This document shows, piece after piece, positions 41,183 through 55,984 of a stretch of 64,000 nucleotides of DNA (within the stretch, counting starts at the first letter, position 1; the number at the start of each line of letters is the position of its first letter). Position numbers and translations under genes: made by a program. Location of the stretch: assembly GCF_009914755.1 (NCBI RefSeq), contig NC_060929.1. One strand, written 5' to 3'. The notes under the pieces are model-generated. The model was not told the origin of the DNA and did no database searches. It worked only from the letters and a program-made list of their open reading frames with translations. The DNA is from the human T2T-CHM13v2.0 reference genome, Homo sapiens.

Positions 41183-41822
41183 GTTATTTACTTGACAAAT
41201 ATTTATTAAGCACCGACTATGTGTCAAGCCCTGTGCTAACCCTGGGAATATAGCAGTAAGTACATCAATAAAACTCTCTGACCTCATGAAACTTTCACAG
41301 GGTACAGGAGCAGATGAAAACAAAACAAGTGACATAAATATTATGTTAGCTGGTACCAAATGCTGCAGAGAAAATTTAAGCAGGAATGGGAAATGGGAAG
41401 CAATTTTTAAAAACAGGATGCCCAGGAAAGGCCTCACTGAGAAAGGTGATCTTTGGGTAATATCTTGAAGCAGATGATGCAGTGAGCTGTGTTTATATCT
41501 AGGGAAAGAACATTCTAGATAAAAGGAGAGCAAGAGCAAAGCCTCTGCAGTGGGAACAATACAGAAGAGCAGGTGGCTGGAATGGAGTTTTGTAGGAAAT
41601 GAGATCAGAGGCCATGGGGCCAGGAGATGTGGGGCCCAACGGGCCATTATTAGGACTTGGGCTGTGAGTGAGATGGGAGCCATTGGAGGTTTCACAGAGG
41701 AGTGACAAGATCTAAGATCCAACTCATCTTTATATGATAACTCTGGCTGCCATTTAGACAACAGACTCAGTGGGCAAGGGTGAGAGTGGGGAGGCCAGTA
41801 GGGAGGTGAGAGGTGATGACGG
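41183..41822 (-). mobile_element. L2 3' region
   Basis: caaatatttattaagcaccgactatgtgtcaagccctgtgct..ggaaaggcctcactgagaaaggtga..gagatgggagccattggagg. Confidence 0.9.
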
Positions 41823-41829
41823 CTCATTA

Positions 41830-42030
41830 CTAATGATTATTACAATATGAGCATGATTCTTTACTTTTTACCAGTACCTTCATATAAATTATTTCACTTA
41901 ATCTCCATTTAAATAAAGAAACGGAGGCTATGGCTTGTTGAAGTGACTTGCTATGTGGTTTGCTTAAGTCCTTCAGCAAGTTAGTGGCAGAGCTGAATCT
42001 TAAATCTGGAATGTTTTTACTTCTCATGCA
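41830..42030 (-). mobile_element. MIR
   Basis: ctccattt..gaaacggaggct..aagtgacttgc..agttagtggcagagctg. Confidence 0.75.
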
Positions 42031-42889
42031 GTTCTCAAGTCTCATCTGATCTTCACCTCCCACCCAATTGCCTTGCCTCTCTGACTTCTGTGGGCTCAGA
42101 TGATCTCCAATCGACCATCATGGCCAGCCACAGAGCCTGACTATAAATATCACTGATAAGTATCTGGTAACCAGCAGACAGGTGGCAGAACCCACACATA
42201 ACAGGGAATAGAATCCAACAAAAGGAAAAGTCATCATCAAGCTCTGTCCTCACAAGGGCATGAGCCTCCTGAACAACGCGTAACAGGAAAGGAGGGCAGG
42301 GGGCTCTTAGAATGTCAACTGATGTTTATTCAGCAGTTCTGTGTGCTCAGAACAATATTAGATGCCATTTGAGAGAAAGGAAGGAAGAAAATTGTCTGCT
42401 GTCAGGGAGATTATAATTCAGTGGGGAAAGAAGACACACACTTGTGGGTAGGAAAGACAACGCAACTGAGCAGGAGATGAGGTGTCACACACAGACCGAG
42501 AGCTCAGGGTTTCAGAGCCCAAGGAGTTCTGTGAAGGTTGAAGAGATTAGACAAGCCTCCAGGGAAAGGGAGGAAAAAATCTTGAGAAAGAAAACTTCTG
42601 GATCCTTTCCAAAGGTAGTCACCAAATTCTATAATCTGAGTGTTTCTAACCATCTCAGGAAAGCCTTCAAACATCGCTTATAGTCTTGGTATGTCATACA
42701 GCCTTAGTGGGTCTATTTTTACTTTCCACATTGCTTTGCCCCTTTGAGGGTCCCAAACCTACATGCCACCAGAAGAGGGATTTTAATCATGAAGGCCAAG
42801 AAACTGAAGCCAAGCAAGGCTCCTTACAAGATGGCCAATAGGTAATTTAAAACGTCCAAGCTAGGAAGGTCTCTAGTGGCTGTCTAGTC

Positions 42890-43099
42890 CAGGCGTCAGT
42901 AAACTATGGCCCACAGGCTGGCCTGTTGTTTTATAAACAGTTTTATTAAAACACAGCCATGCCCTTTCATTGACATATTATCTATGGCTGCTTTCACACT
43001 AGAACAGCAGAGATCAGTCATTGCAGCAGAGACTGCATGGCCCTCAGAGCCTAAAATTATTTGTTCTCTGGCCATTTAGGAAACACTTGCTGACCCCTG
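42890..43099 (+). mobile_element. MER58A (hAT-Charlie MITE) inside a MIR3
   Basis: TIRs caggcgtcagtaaac / cttgctgacccctg; 8-bp TSD gtctagtc/ttctagtt. Confidence 0.9.
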
Positions 43100-43234
43100 T
43101 TCTAGTTCAACTCCTTTATTCTAGAGGCATGAAAACAGAGGCCCAGAGAAGTTAAGAAAATTGGCTAAGGTTATTGGATGAGTTCAAGTGTTGTCCAGCC
43201 TAGAATAGGAAAAGTAATGTGAGAATTTGTCATC

Positions 43235-43720
43235 CTTCATTCATTTGGTTATTCACTCAACAATTGTTTTATCAACACCATGGGCCAGGCACTGGGTAAG
43301 AATACTGAAGTGCATAGTACAGATAAAGCTCCTGCCCTCAGGGTTCCTGTCTGAGGGAGGAGGGGAAGGACATTTTAAAAAGTGAAGAAAATAACTACAA
43401 AGTATTCAGACTGCTATAAAAGAAATTAACAGAGGGATGGGACAGGATGTAACTTGGGGAAGAGAGGGAAATATTTTAGACAGGGAATCAGGAAAGACCT
43501 TTCTGAGGAGGTGATGTTAGAACTGGGCAGTGAGTGATAAAAGCCATGAAGAGCAGGTGGAAGGGCATTCATGCAGAGGGAATAGCAACTGCAAAGTCTC
43601 TGAGGCAGGAACAAGCTTGAAATGTACAGGGAACAGCAGGAAGGTACATATGGCCAGAGAAGGATAAAAAAGGACAAGAGTGGTATGAAGTGAGGGCAGA
43701 GGTGAGCAAGTGCCTGTAGG
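43235..43720 (-). mobile_element. L2 3' region
   Basis: ttcattcatt..gccaggcactg..cagggaatcaggaaagaccttttctgaggaggtga-like. Confidence 0.85.
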
Positions 43721-43949
43721 TGGTGGCAACTATCTCCTGAGCATATTTTCACTGCAGTTACATCATCACCATCATTTTCATCATCCCCATAATGAGGTTC
43801 TAGGAAGCCCAGGAAGGGAACATGTGGTACCTGTATTTGCCTGCTATAGAAAGCAGTGCTGGGTATAGTTCCCTCCTAGCCAGGGGCTGCATAGCACTTT
43901 TAGTGATTGTAAGGGCATATTTCACCTTCCTCAGACCACAAGACAGACA

Positions 43950-44175
43950 GCCCACTAGTTAGTCATTTGGAGTCTTCTACACCTGGATTTGAATCCCGAC
44001 TCTTCCTGACCTTGCACAAGTAGCTTACGTGTTTCTGAGCCTTCAGTAAATGGAGGCAATTGTACCTACTTCCTGGGGTTGTGAGAAGAATTAGATAAGA
44101 CAAAGTGGGTAGAGCTCAGCCTTTGCTCAGTGCCTGGTACATGCTCAACAATTTGATAAGTATTTATTATTATTA
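43950..44175 (+). mobile_element. MIR
   Basis: cctggatttgaatccc..tgaccttgcacaagt..gtacctacttcctggggttgtgag. Confidence 0.8.
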
Positions 44176-45456
44176 GTGGGATACACGCTGGTAGAACTTG
44201 CCACTGTATCTCAATATTTGTGTGCCAAAGACACACAAATTTCTCACTGCTGTCAAGTTGTCAAATGCATGGGTAGAAAAACCAAATTCCAGAGAAGCCA
44301 AATGACCAACCCAAGGCAATTAAGGAGAAGGGTCGCATGATGACTCAGCCCTTCAGTGCCCACCCAGCTGCTCACTACATTTCACCAACACAGCAGCCTC
44401 AGTTATACTTTGACCATTCACCTCCAAGCAAATACCACTGTACTTTGAAAACAAGGGTGGGAAGGGACCAAAGAAGTCCTTTGAACAGTCCTGCAGCATT
44501 CAAAAGAGTCCGTATTATGTACCTGCTATATATCATGGGTACAAAGATGAATGGTCCATGCTCACTGTACCCTTGAGGAATTCACAGGCTTGTAGAGAAG
44601 ACAGTTATAAAATTATAATCTTGAGGGCCATCTGCCTACCAAATGAAACAATTTACTCAGCTCAGGGAGTCAGGGACAGGAACCAGAGAGAAAGTGACAC
44701 CTGAGCTGACTCTTGAAAGGTATTGAGTAAACCAGGAGATTGGCTTGGCTGAGCAGAGAGTGATAAGACTGAAAAGCACAGCTCATGGAGGGCCTGAACC
44801 CCTGAACCAAGGAGCTTGGCTTGATGGGCAAAAATGAGGCATGGAGCAGGGAATAACCTGCTCAGAGTGACATTTGGCAAGGTCACTCTGGGTGCAGGCT
44901 ACAAGGATGTGAGGGAGCAGGACCAGAAACAGAACAACCAGTTTTGAGCCTACCTTGCAAGTCCAGGCAAGAAGCAACAAAGACCTGAGCTATAACCATA
45001 AGGGAGGGCAAAGAAAGAAGAGACTGATTCTGGAGCCTCTGGTGAGGAGAATCTGAACCATGTAGTGACAGTGGGATGCTAAGACAAAGAAGAGAGAGAA
45101 GGGGCAACTGCTGCGCTGGGTCTGCCTTTCACCAAGGGGGGAAATTGAGAGAAAGTGTAGGCAGGAGCAGGGAAGGAAGGCAGAGTTCATCACAGAAAAA
45201 GAAGTAATCGAGCATAGTGCTTTCCAATTGTGTATCTTTTTTCTTTTTTCTTGGTGATAATACTTTCAAACTTCTGTGACAAAAACCAGATGAAATGAGA
45301 GATGCCACATGTGAAGGGAAGGAAGGAACAGAGGCCATTCCTCTCCTCACAGACCCCAGAGAAATGAGAGCCATTCAACTCCTTGGATCTTTGATCTGAT
45401 GAAGTCGAGGCTGAGTTCTTAAGACCAGGTGAATGCAGTTTGAAAATTACTGCTGT

Positions 45457-46645
<1,189 letters not shown>

Positions 46646-47490
46646 AGGGAAAAGTAAGCTTGTGGTGTGTGAGCCCACAGGAGGCCGCAGAGGACAGGGC
46701 CAGGAGCCAAGAGCAATTGCAGCAAATCCAGACTAGAACCAGGTCTTTGAGAGCATTTTCCACCCTCCACTACCCAATAGCATATAGTCCATCTTCTATC
46801 CCTCCTCACAAAATTATGAAAGTGGTAAGACCCAAATCTACATTACAAAAGAGGCCAGAGCTTTGGCCCTCTCTGCCCCATCTCTGTAGTGCTTCTGTTC
46901 CTGAACAGGACCTTACCAGCCTTTCCCTTCTTCTCCCCCAGGCCCACCTTGTTGACTGAAACCACCCCAGATCCCACAACAGCCTAGACCCCTCCGTCGG
47001 CCCAGCCACCCCAGCACAAACAGCATGAGAGTTGCTGCTGTGTCTCTGCTACCACTATGCCAGGCTGCCTTTCTGTTTTCCCTGGGCCTGATTATCTTAA
47101 GCTACCTCTGGGGCCCCACCCGGCTGGGCCCAGTGTTATCTCCTATGCACAGTCATCGTCTTGCTAAAAGGCAATCAGAGGAGCTGACTTTAATAAATGT
47201 TAACACCCTCAATGTGAAGTCTGGCAATTAAAACTCCTCTCCAGGACCTCTGAAACAGGCCTGTGGAAAATCCCCCATCTTAATAAGCTCCAATCATCAG
47301 AGGACGCTGAGAGAAAGCAGGGATAAGGAGAAGTCACTGAAATTTTCAAAGGGGAGGGAAGCAACCAGGAAAGGCACCTTCCTCCATTTCTCATCCCTCC
47401 CTCTGAGGATCCCACTCCAGGCCAATTTCATCCAACAGGCCTGAGAAGCAAACAGAGGCTGATCAGGAAGGCCTTAAGGGTCATCTTGTT

Positions 47491-47670
47491 CAGTGGTGTT
47501 TAGATTTTTGGTGCATTAGACTCACCTGGAGGGCCCCTTAAAACACAGATTGCCAGGGTTTAGTTTCTGATTCAGTGGGTCTGGGGTAGGGCCTGAGAAT
47601 TTGCATGTCTAGCAAGTACTCAAGTGCTGCTGCCACTAATGGTCCAGGGACCACAGTTTGAGAACCACTG
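47491..47670. mobile_element. MER5A inside a MIR3
   Basis: cagtggtgtttaga / tttgagaaccactg TIRs; MIR core resumes at attacagatggtgaaactaggcccagaga. Confidence 0.88.
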
Positions 47671-49818
47671 ATCTAGCTCAATATCATCATATTACAGATG
47701 GTGAAACTAGGCCCAGAGAGATAGGAACTTGCTCAAGATCTCATATCTAGTTAGTGCACCCCATTTGAAAGGATCAAAGCAAATCTCTTGAGAGCAATTC
47801 CCAATTGTATGTTTTAAATTTTTTTCTCCATAGAATTTTAAACATTGGGTTTATTAACAGTCATCACCACGGTCATCATTATCCTGAAATGAGATCTTTG
47901 AAATCAAAGGAAGAAATAGTTGGTAGTTAGCATGCCAAGTAACAGGACAGCCTGCCTCATCAATACACAGGAAGCCAAATTGGAAAAGAGTTCTCCTAAG
48001 TGAGTTCTTTGACAAGATTTCCTTTCTTTCTCCTTCCTTTAGATCAGATTAGAGGCAGGTTAGATTAGATTTAGGTCCAGATTGGATTTCAGGGCCCTTA
48101 GACATCACTTAGTCCCCTGATCACCCAAACAAAAAAACATGCCATCATATTATTCTTATCACTTATCAGTGTCTGGAATTCATACTTACTTGTGTTCTTG
48201 CTTCCCACAATCTCCTCCACTAAAACCTATGTTCATGAGAGCATGGACATTCTCAGGGCCTGGCATTTACAAGCTTTTAATAATTATTTGTTGATTAATT
48301 AACTGAGAACCATATTAGCTAGGAAAGGATTCATTAATCTGATGAATTTATTGACATTTGGCAGGGATTTGAGTCCTGAGGCCATAGTCCGAGAAAGATG
48401 TGATCAGGTAGAAGGCAGGAAAGTTACCCTGGCACCAAGATCCCAAGAAGCAGCAGAAAAAAATGTTGCCACAATGGAAAAGAGATTCTAAGGGCCAATC
48501 CCAGCCACTGTCCCTTACCCCCGCAACACACACACAAGCTCTCACACATATTTTCACACATGCCCCACACTCTGCCTCCCAAGAAAAACAGCTTAGCAGC
48601 TGAGCTATCCAAATCACACCATAAAGATCCCAGACAGGGGAAAAGATCATCCACTATAATTACCATGTAGGAGCTTTCATATGGCACCCTGCTAAAAGCA
48701 GGGAAGCAAGACGGATCAGAACAGACAGCTTATTAAATTATCCAGTGCATCAACTCAATGAACACTTCCAAATGGTTTTCTTTTCCTCTTTTTTTCTATC
48801 CATGAGTTTTTAATGTTTGCTCTCCTTTCTCCACTGTTTAGGATTCCCGTTAGGTGTTCAGATCACTGCTTTCCTTCTGCCGGCTGCTGTCTCTTATCAT
48901 CCACCTTCCTGAATCATTCACATAGAGTGGGAGATACAGCATGTCATGTTGCAGACTGGACCCAGCTTTTGAAGTTAGAAGACCCACGTTTGATCGTGGT
49001 TCTTCTGTGTGATCCTGGGCATGCTATGAATTTGCCTGAGCTGTGGATTCCTCAAAGGTAACATAAGGGTGATAGCACAACTCAGTTTGGGGCAGAGATT
49101 AGAGGGGATGACATATAGCAGCCCACTTTCCAAACTGCCAAAAGAGGAACAGGTGTGAGCTGCCAGGACCATGTCAGGATGGATTTTTGGCCTTTGTCTA
49201 AGGCACAAAATCATTTGGCAAGTGCTAGGAAGAGGTCCTCTGCCTCCAGATAGTGCTACAGAAATGCACTACACAAGAGCTTTCAATTTGATTAACAAAT
49301 ATCCACCTTGAAAATGCAAATAGACAGGTGAAAAAAATGCATCTGTCTACCTTCCAGTCATCCTCATTTTAGTGTGAATCTGATTAAAAGCATTCCTTTC
49401 CATGAAAGGGCTAGATGAGCCCTGCCTGGATGAAAGAATGAATCATCTGGTAGAGTTTGGGCAATCAGGAAGGAAATGTTCAAGCCTGGGAATACTACGA
49501 AAGTGAGTTTGTTAGAATCCGGGTGGCTATAAAGAGAAGTTAAATTCTCTAAGCCCCAGTTTCCTCATCTGTAAAATGAGGGTAATAGTACCTACCTAGA
49601 GTCATTATTAGAATTAAATAAGGTAAAGTATGAACCACTTAGTGTGAGCATAGCACAAAAAAGAACTTAGTGAAACTTAACTACCACTACAGTTACTAAG
49701 AGTGGTATCATTATTATAATAACATTTATTTTTATTACTACTTCTACTAGCTGTCAATAAGCAGCATATGGCCCTCTGAACCTTGCTTGGAAAGATGCCC
49801 ATCTTTCAAAGCCTCTTT

Positions 49819-50361
49819 TGTATCATTAATCTATTGCTGTTTAATAAAGCACCTCAAACTTGATGGCCTAAAACAACCATCATTTATTTTGCTCATGAAT
49901 CTGTAATTTAGGCAGGACCTAGGGGAATGGCTTACTTCTGCTATATATGGCATCAGCTGGGGTAGTTCATCTGAAGACTAGAGGATCTAGTTTCAAGATC
50001 ACTCACTTACACTGCTTAAAAAAAATGGTGCTACCTCTTGGCTGGGAACTCAGCCAGGGATATTGGTTTCAGTTCCTCTTAATCAGTTGTTTGGGCTTCT
50101 AAACAGCATGGTGACTGAGTTGCAAGAGGGAGCTTCTCAATAAAATAAAAGAACATGGCATTTTTATGACTTAGCCTCAGAAGTCACATTATGTCCCTTC
50201 CTCTGTACTCTGTCTGTCCAGGCAATCACAAAGATGCACCCATGTTCAAGGGGAGGGGACACAGACCCTACCTCTTCATGTAGGAGTGTTAAGATTGTAG
50301 AAAAAACATGTGGGATGGAAAATATTTTTGCAGCCTTCTTTAGAAAATATAATCTGCCATA
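49819..50361 (-). mobile_element. MLT1 (F/G-like) solo LTR
   Basis: tctattgctg..catttattttgctcatgaatctg..gcctcagaagtcaca..aaaatataatctgccata. Confidence 0.85.
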
Positions 50362-52064
50362 CCTCTCAGGAAAGTCTTCCTGAATTCTTCACCCTCACCA
50401 GTTACATGACCTCCTTTGGTGTCCAACTTTCTTTTACCACTCACATTACCCTGAAATGTTCAGCACTGTCTTTCTGTTTTTCCAATATCCAAAATAAATG
50501 GCATGGAGATGGTGGCAGAAAAAGGAAATAGAGATGCTTTACAATTTGATCTTGCTATCACTGTTTGGACACAGACAGCTCTGGAATATAATTTTATTCA
50601 TTTAGAACTTTTCAACCTCTCAATTTCCTCATCTATGAAACAAGGAATAATAGTGATGACACCTCAATGAATTTTTTGAGAAAATCATATTAAGCACATC
50701 TAACTTCATGAAGCACGTAACTTACATTAGTAAACCTGGCTTTTAAGAGTTAGCACAAAAATATTAGCTATTATGATACCACTAAGTTGGAATTTGCGAC
50801 AATTCATACAGAAAATAGATTTTTCTTACCCTAAGAATGTCCTGTGTTGTAACTAGTGAAAATTAAAGGTGGAGAAAATGTCAGGGAATGAAGCAGAGAG
50901 GAAAGATATCTTAAATATTTATGGCACGGCTCTTTTAAGCCTTTCACATGGAGGAGGTGGGGCTTGTACGGCATCCTCTAAGCTGAGTCCATTTTGGAGA
51001 GGTAGTGGAAGTGGGGAAGAGCATGAATGAGTAGAGAAAACTGGGCCAGTGTGAAGGGTCTGAAGGAGTCGCATCAAGCAGAGAGTGCCCTGTCTCGCCC
51101 AGCCAGACGACACAAAGCAGAAGATGGCATTTCAGATGCCCTCCAGCTCAGCAAGTCTCTACTCCTCCATTCGCAGAGGTTCTTTGTCACAAAGAGAACC
51201 TCCTAAGCCACAAAAGGAACTTAATGGAAAGATGCTGGAATGTTCAAGAAAGGAGGTGGGCTGGCTCCAGGGGTCTAGGCAGCAGGGAAGGCTGTGTGGG
51301 CCTTCTTACCAGAACATTGCCGTGGAATGGGATTTGGCTCCAGAGACCACTATGATCAGAGTCTTTCCACTCCAAGTTTCCAATTCCCAGTGTCTTACCC
51401 TGGGTTAATCAGCTATGGCAAGGGAAGCAGGATCCGACAGTATGGGAGTGGCTGCTGTTAGCTCATCCGACATAAAGAGACAACTGTAGAGAAAGAAAAC
51501 GAGGCAGAATTGACACAGAGAGGCAGCAGTGGGCAGGGAGCCCTTACATAGTGAAGGTCCTGGCCAGGTCCTCCTCCTCCCTCTCCATTGTCACAAAAAC
51601 TGCCCTGCACTGGGTGGCGCAATGGAGTTCCAGAGAATTTAATAAGCCAAATGTGTTTATTATTCATCTATCACGTGCCAGACAGTGTGTTTAGCACTAC
51701 AGATACAGAAATGAATGGACACTCCATTTCACAGCACAGGAGTACTTAGTGGTTAAGAGCCCCCAACTGGGAATGACAAAGATCAGGGTTCAAATTCCAG
51801 TTCTACCCCTTATGCATTGTGTAAATTTGGCCCTGTCTCCTCAAGCTACAGTGAAGACTGGCTAATAATTGTGCCTACCTTACAGGTCATTATAGTTCAT
51901 CACAAGGATTTAACAAGAGAAGGTAGACAGTCCTCATGAGATGCCTTACACCTAGCGAGCACTGCATATACTTGGCTGTAACTCCGACTGTAACAAAAAA
52001 AAAAAAGGACTTCCCTGCCAACTTTACCTGTCAGTGCTAGAAGAGACTGTATATTCTTATTCCA

Positions 52065-52270
52065 GGGTATAGGCAGATGTCCTGCCCAGTGGGATCCAGC
52101 CCCACAAACATCAGAATCACCTAGGAAACCAGTCAACAATGCAGCCCCCAGCCTTGCTCCCAGATTGTCTGATTCAGGACATCAGGAGAAAGGTCTGGAA
52201 TCTACATTTAAAGCTTCCCCTCACAATCTAAGTGATTTTAATACATAATTATTATGAGTACCAGTGTTCT
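52065..52270. mobile_element. MER5-type element
   Basis: catcagaatcacctaggaa..aatgcag..tgattcag..ggtctggaatctacattt. Confidence 0.65.
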
Positions 52271-52363
52271 AGACTAGAAAATCCTCTTACTTGAAGGCAA
52301 GGAAACTGACAATGATGGAAAGAAAACAATTCGACTTAAGATCTCACAATGAGAATTACTGGG

Positions 52364-53012
52364 CAAATTAGTTTTCTATTGTTGTGTAACAAATTACCAC
52401 AGACTTAGTGGCTTAAAACAGTACGGTAAAACTATTTTTTCCTAGTTTCTGTAGATCAGAAGTCTAGGCATAAGATGGCTGAGCCCTCTGCTGTTTGGTC
52501 CCAAAAGGCTTAAATTAAGGTGTTGGGCTGCCATCCTTTCTACAGCTCAAGGATCCCCTTTCAAGCTCTCATGGTTGTACGCAGAATTCCATTTCTTGGG
52601 GTTATAGGACTAAGGGCTCTGTTTCATGCTGGCTATCAGCCAGGGGTCACTCTTAACTCCTAGAGGCACTCTCCGGCCTTTCCATGTGGCCCCCTCCATC
52701 TCTAAAAGCCAGCAATGGAGAATCTTCTCACATTGAATCCTCCCCATGCTTTGAATCTCTCACTTTTCCCATCTTTAACCTCTAGTCTCAGATGTAAAGG
52801 GCCGATATGTAGTTAGGTGAGGCCCAACCATTTGATTAACTCAAAGTCAACCAGTTACTACCCTTTATAACAGCTACACAATTGCTGTATGCCATAACAT
52901 AACCCTGGGAGTGACAGCCTGTGATAATCACAAGTTTTGCCTACATTCAAGGGAAGGAGGTTTTACAAGGGTGAGGGTCATGGGAGGTCATTTTAGAATT
53001 CTGCCTACTACA
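52364..53012 (-). mobile_element. MLT1E-like solo LTR
   Basis: ttagttttctattgttgtgtaacaaattaccac..ttagaattctgcctactaca; perfect TSD ctggg (52359-52363, 53013-53017). Confidence 0.9.
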
Positions 53013-53404
53013 CTGGGAATATAATCTAAAACTCAGACAAAACACAGCTTGTCAGTCATGCAGAAGTCACCACCCCTCACATTACAGCAATAGCTTCCTA
53101 ACCTCTAAATCAACATTTGTACCTCCAAACCAAATAATACAAGAAAAGTTCATCGATGTAAAATGTAGCTTATAACTGTTATTTCAAGGCATTGTAAGCA
53201 CATAGGTTGTCGATGTATTGAACAGGCACTTTCTTTGGTGTATCTAGGTGAAAAAATTGACAGTCGAGCTTACTCACCAACCCTTGCCTGTGTCCAACAA
53301 ACACAACTGAAATGGAACTTAAACTGACCATCGTAACCAACCACTCACAAAATCAAGTGCTCAAACAGAAACAGATGGGAATGACAAAGGAACCTAACCT
53401 AGTA

Positions 53405-53620
53405 CAGGTTGAGTTTATTTTGTCTGAAATGCTTAAGACCAGGAGCATTGCAAATTTTGGATTTTTTTAATTTTGAAATGTTCACATTATACTTACCAGT
53501 TTCCCTAATCTGAAAATGCTCCTGTGAACATATCCTTTGAGCATCATGTCAGAATTCCGTAAGTTTTGAATTTTGGAGCATTTCAGATTTCAGATTTTTG
53601 AAGTAAGGATACTCCATCTG
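53405..53620. mobile_element. Tigger4a/MER46-type TcMar MITE
   Basis: TA-flanked TIRs caggttgagt / actccatctg; ttttggagcatttcagatttcagattt. Confidence 0.88.
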
Positions 53621-54479
53621 TACCTCCTATGTACTTAGCACAATCTTTGTACATTATCTCATTTAAGAGTTAAGACAGTCTCATGAAATAGACATTATTA
53701 TTCCTATTATAAATAAAGAAAATGAGATCTTTGGGAAAAAAAAATACAGGTAGCAAGAGGTAGTACCAGGATTAAACCTAGGTCAGGTCAGTCTAACTTC
53801 AAACTACATATTCTATCCACAGATCCAATATTAATAAATGTTGGTTATCTTCTCTATTACCTCAATCATACAATATATTTTTAAGACAAACAAAAAATCT
53901 CCACCAGCAAAACAAGACAGTGTCCCTCATGCAGTCTTAAAAAATAAGAACTACATTTTGTTCCTGCCCTAAGTAAAACTAAATCTTTCCAACAGTGTCA
54001 GATGTATTACTAATTACACAATTACATTATGCAGTCGTGCTTGTAATAAAATTCTTGGAGTGCTTTTAGCAAATTCAACTTTGGAGAAAATAACGACTTC
54101 CTTTAGAATTATTTACTAAATTAAGCAATTCTTTACTCAACATTGTTTTTAATAATTCAAGTACAGGATGTTTTATTATGAACATTTTCTAAAACAAGTT
54201 TAAAAATAATTCCATTCTTATGAGTATGAGCATGGTTGTTCCAAGAAGGTATTTTTAAAAAATATTTAATATTCCTGTTCTGCCAGACAGTGAAAGATTT
54301 TTCACATTTTCCATGATTATTTCAACTGGAATGCATCTCCCTCCTGCCCCCAGGGCTGACAGAGTTGGGGAAGAAAAGCCACAATTTCATTTATATCACT
54401 CAGCAGGTTACCACAGATGTTTGCAAGTTCTTTGGAGGAGGGGAAAATAAAGATGTCATGACAGAAGTTTTTCTCCCTT

Positions 54480-55027
54480 TTCCAAAGACAGTTAAAACTT
54501 TCCCCATCCCATGCGGTCTTCTGCAATGTGATTTTGCCCCCCCAATCCCCACCCACCCATCAGCAAGTGACATCTACTTGATCTCCTAGAATCTTGGTGG
54601 GCCTGTGACTACAAGGACCAGAAGAATATGGTAGAAGTGGTTTCAGTTCTGGAATCAACCCTCAACCAGTCAGGTGGCTTCTGCTTCCTTTTTTGGACCA
54701 CTCAATTTTGCGATGCTCCCTCTGAGAAGCCAGCCAACATGCTGTGACATGCACAACCACACGGAGAGACCCTGTGGAGGCACTCTTGGCAACTGCCAGC
54801 TTCAACTGTCAGTCATGGGAGGCAACCATCTTGGATGCCCAGCCCAGTGGAGCCTTCAGGTGACTGCATCCCAGCCACCATCTGACTGCAACCTCACCAG
54901 CAAGCCCACAGGAGATCCACCTAGCTGAGCCCAATCAACCCACAGAAACATGAAAGAAGATAAATTGCGGCTTTGAGTCACTGAAATTTGGGGACATTTA
55001 TTATGGAGCAATAGATAACCAGATACC
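54480..55027 (+). mobile_element. MLT1 (G/H-like) solo LTR
   Basis: tgcaatgtgattttgcc, ccatcttggatgcccagcccagtggagccttcag, agcaatagataaccagata. Confidence 0.85.
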
Positions 55028-55534
55028 CCTCTTCTAATTTGTCATGTATGTGAACCAGACCAGACCTGGCCACTAAGTGAGTAACTGTCTCCATGAAGGA
55101 ACCATTAGAAATGTCCTGCTTTTCTTTGGGTCTCCATTTTCCCATCTGGGAAAAAAGAGGTAGGGCTAGATCAGCAGTCACAGTCTAGAGTCTATGATGG
55201 GTAGTCAATAGTTAGAAACAATATTTCTAAAAACCTGATGAAAGCCACACATTTACATGTGATGAAGCCACTCTGGCTAACTAAAAACCAAGTTTCCTTG
55301 TTTTGGGTTGAAATTACATCAACTCCGTGTATCAGCACTGTTCCTTCTGCTAGTCAGAAGCTGGTTAGCAGTCCCAGATGGCTTTGATAGCTAAAAATGA
55401 AATAAAGAATTAAATGCTGCTTAGTTCATGCAGTTTGTTCAGCATAGAAAAAAAAAATTTTTTAACATGAGCTTCTCAGCTGAGAAAGGAATCCTCAAGC
55501 AAAAAAAGATGGTAATGCCTGGGAAACATGACCT

Positions 55535-55785
55535 ATAATAATGTTAATAGCTATCACATACTGACCACTTACTATCGACTAGGCCATATACTGTGCTGAG
55601 TGAGTCACAAGTAGTGGCTCATCTGATCCTTCAAATAACCCATGAGGTGAACACTATTTTTTTTTATTTGACATAGAAAAACTGAGGCACAGAGAGGCAA
55701 ACTACCATGTGTAAAGCTATACAACTAGGAAACAACGGAAATGACAGAGCCAGGATTAAAACCCATCAGATTATAAAGCCTACAT
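55535..55785 (-). mobile_element. MIR
   Basis: aataatgttaatagcta..aacccatgaggt..aaaactgaggcacagagagg. Confidence 0.85.
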
Positions 55786-55984
55786 AGTACTACCTTTTAA
55801 AAGTATATATTTGTATCTAACTCAAATTAAATGTCCCCTAAAATTGTTCCTTCCACCTTTCCTCCTTATAAATAATATGTGTCGAGAAGACTGTTGGCGT
55901 TTGAATAGTAGTCCAGGCCTTGGTCATGGCATGAAGAAGTGAGACTGTGTGTTTCACAGGACTGGCCAACATCACTGGAGAATG

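Noticed and set aside
41111-41827. Longest ORF (238 aa, - strand)
   Set aside because: Coincides with an L2 3' region; low-complexity L/S/P/F composition; no domain or splice context
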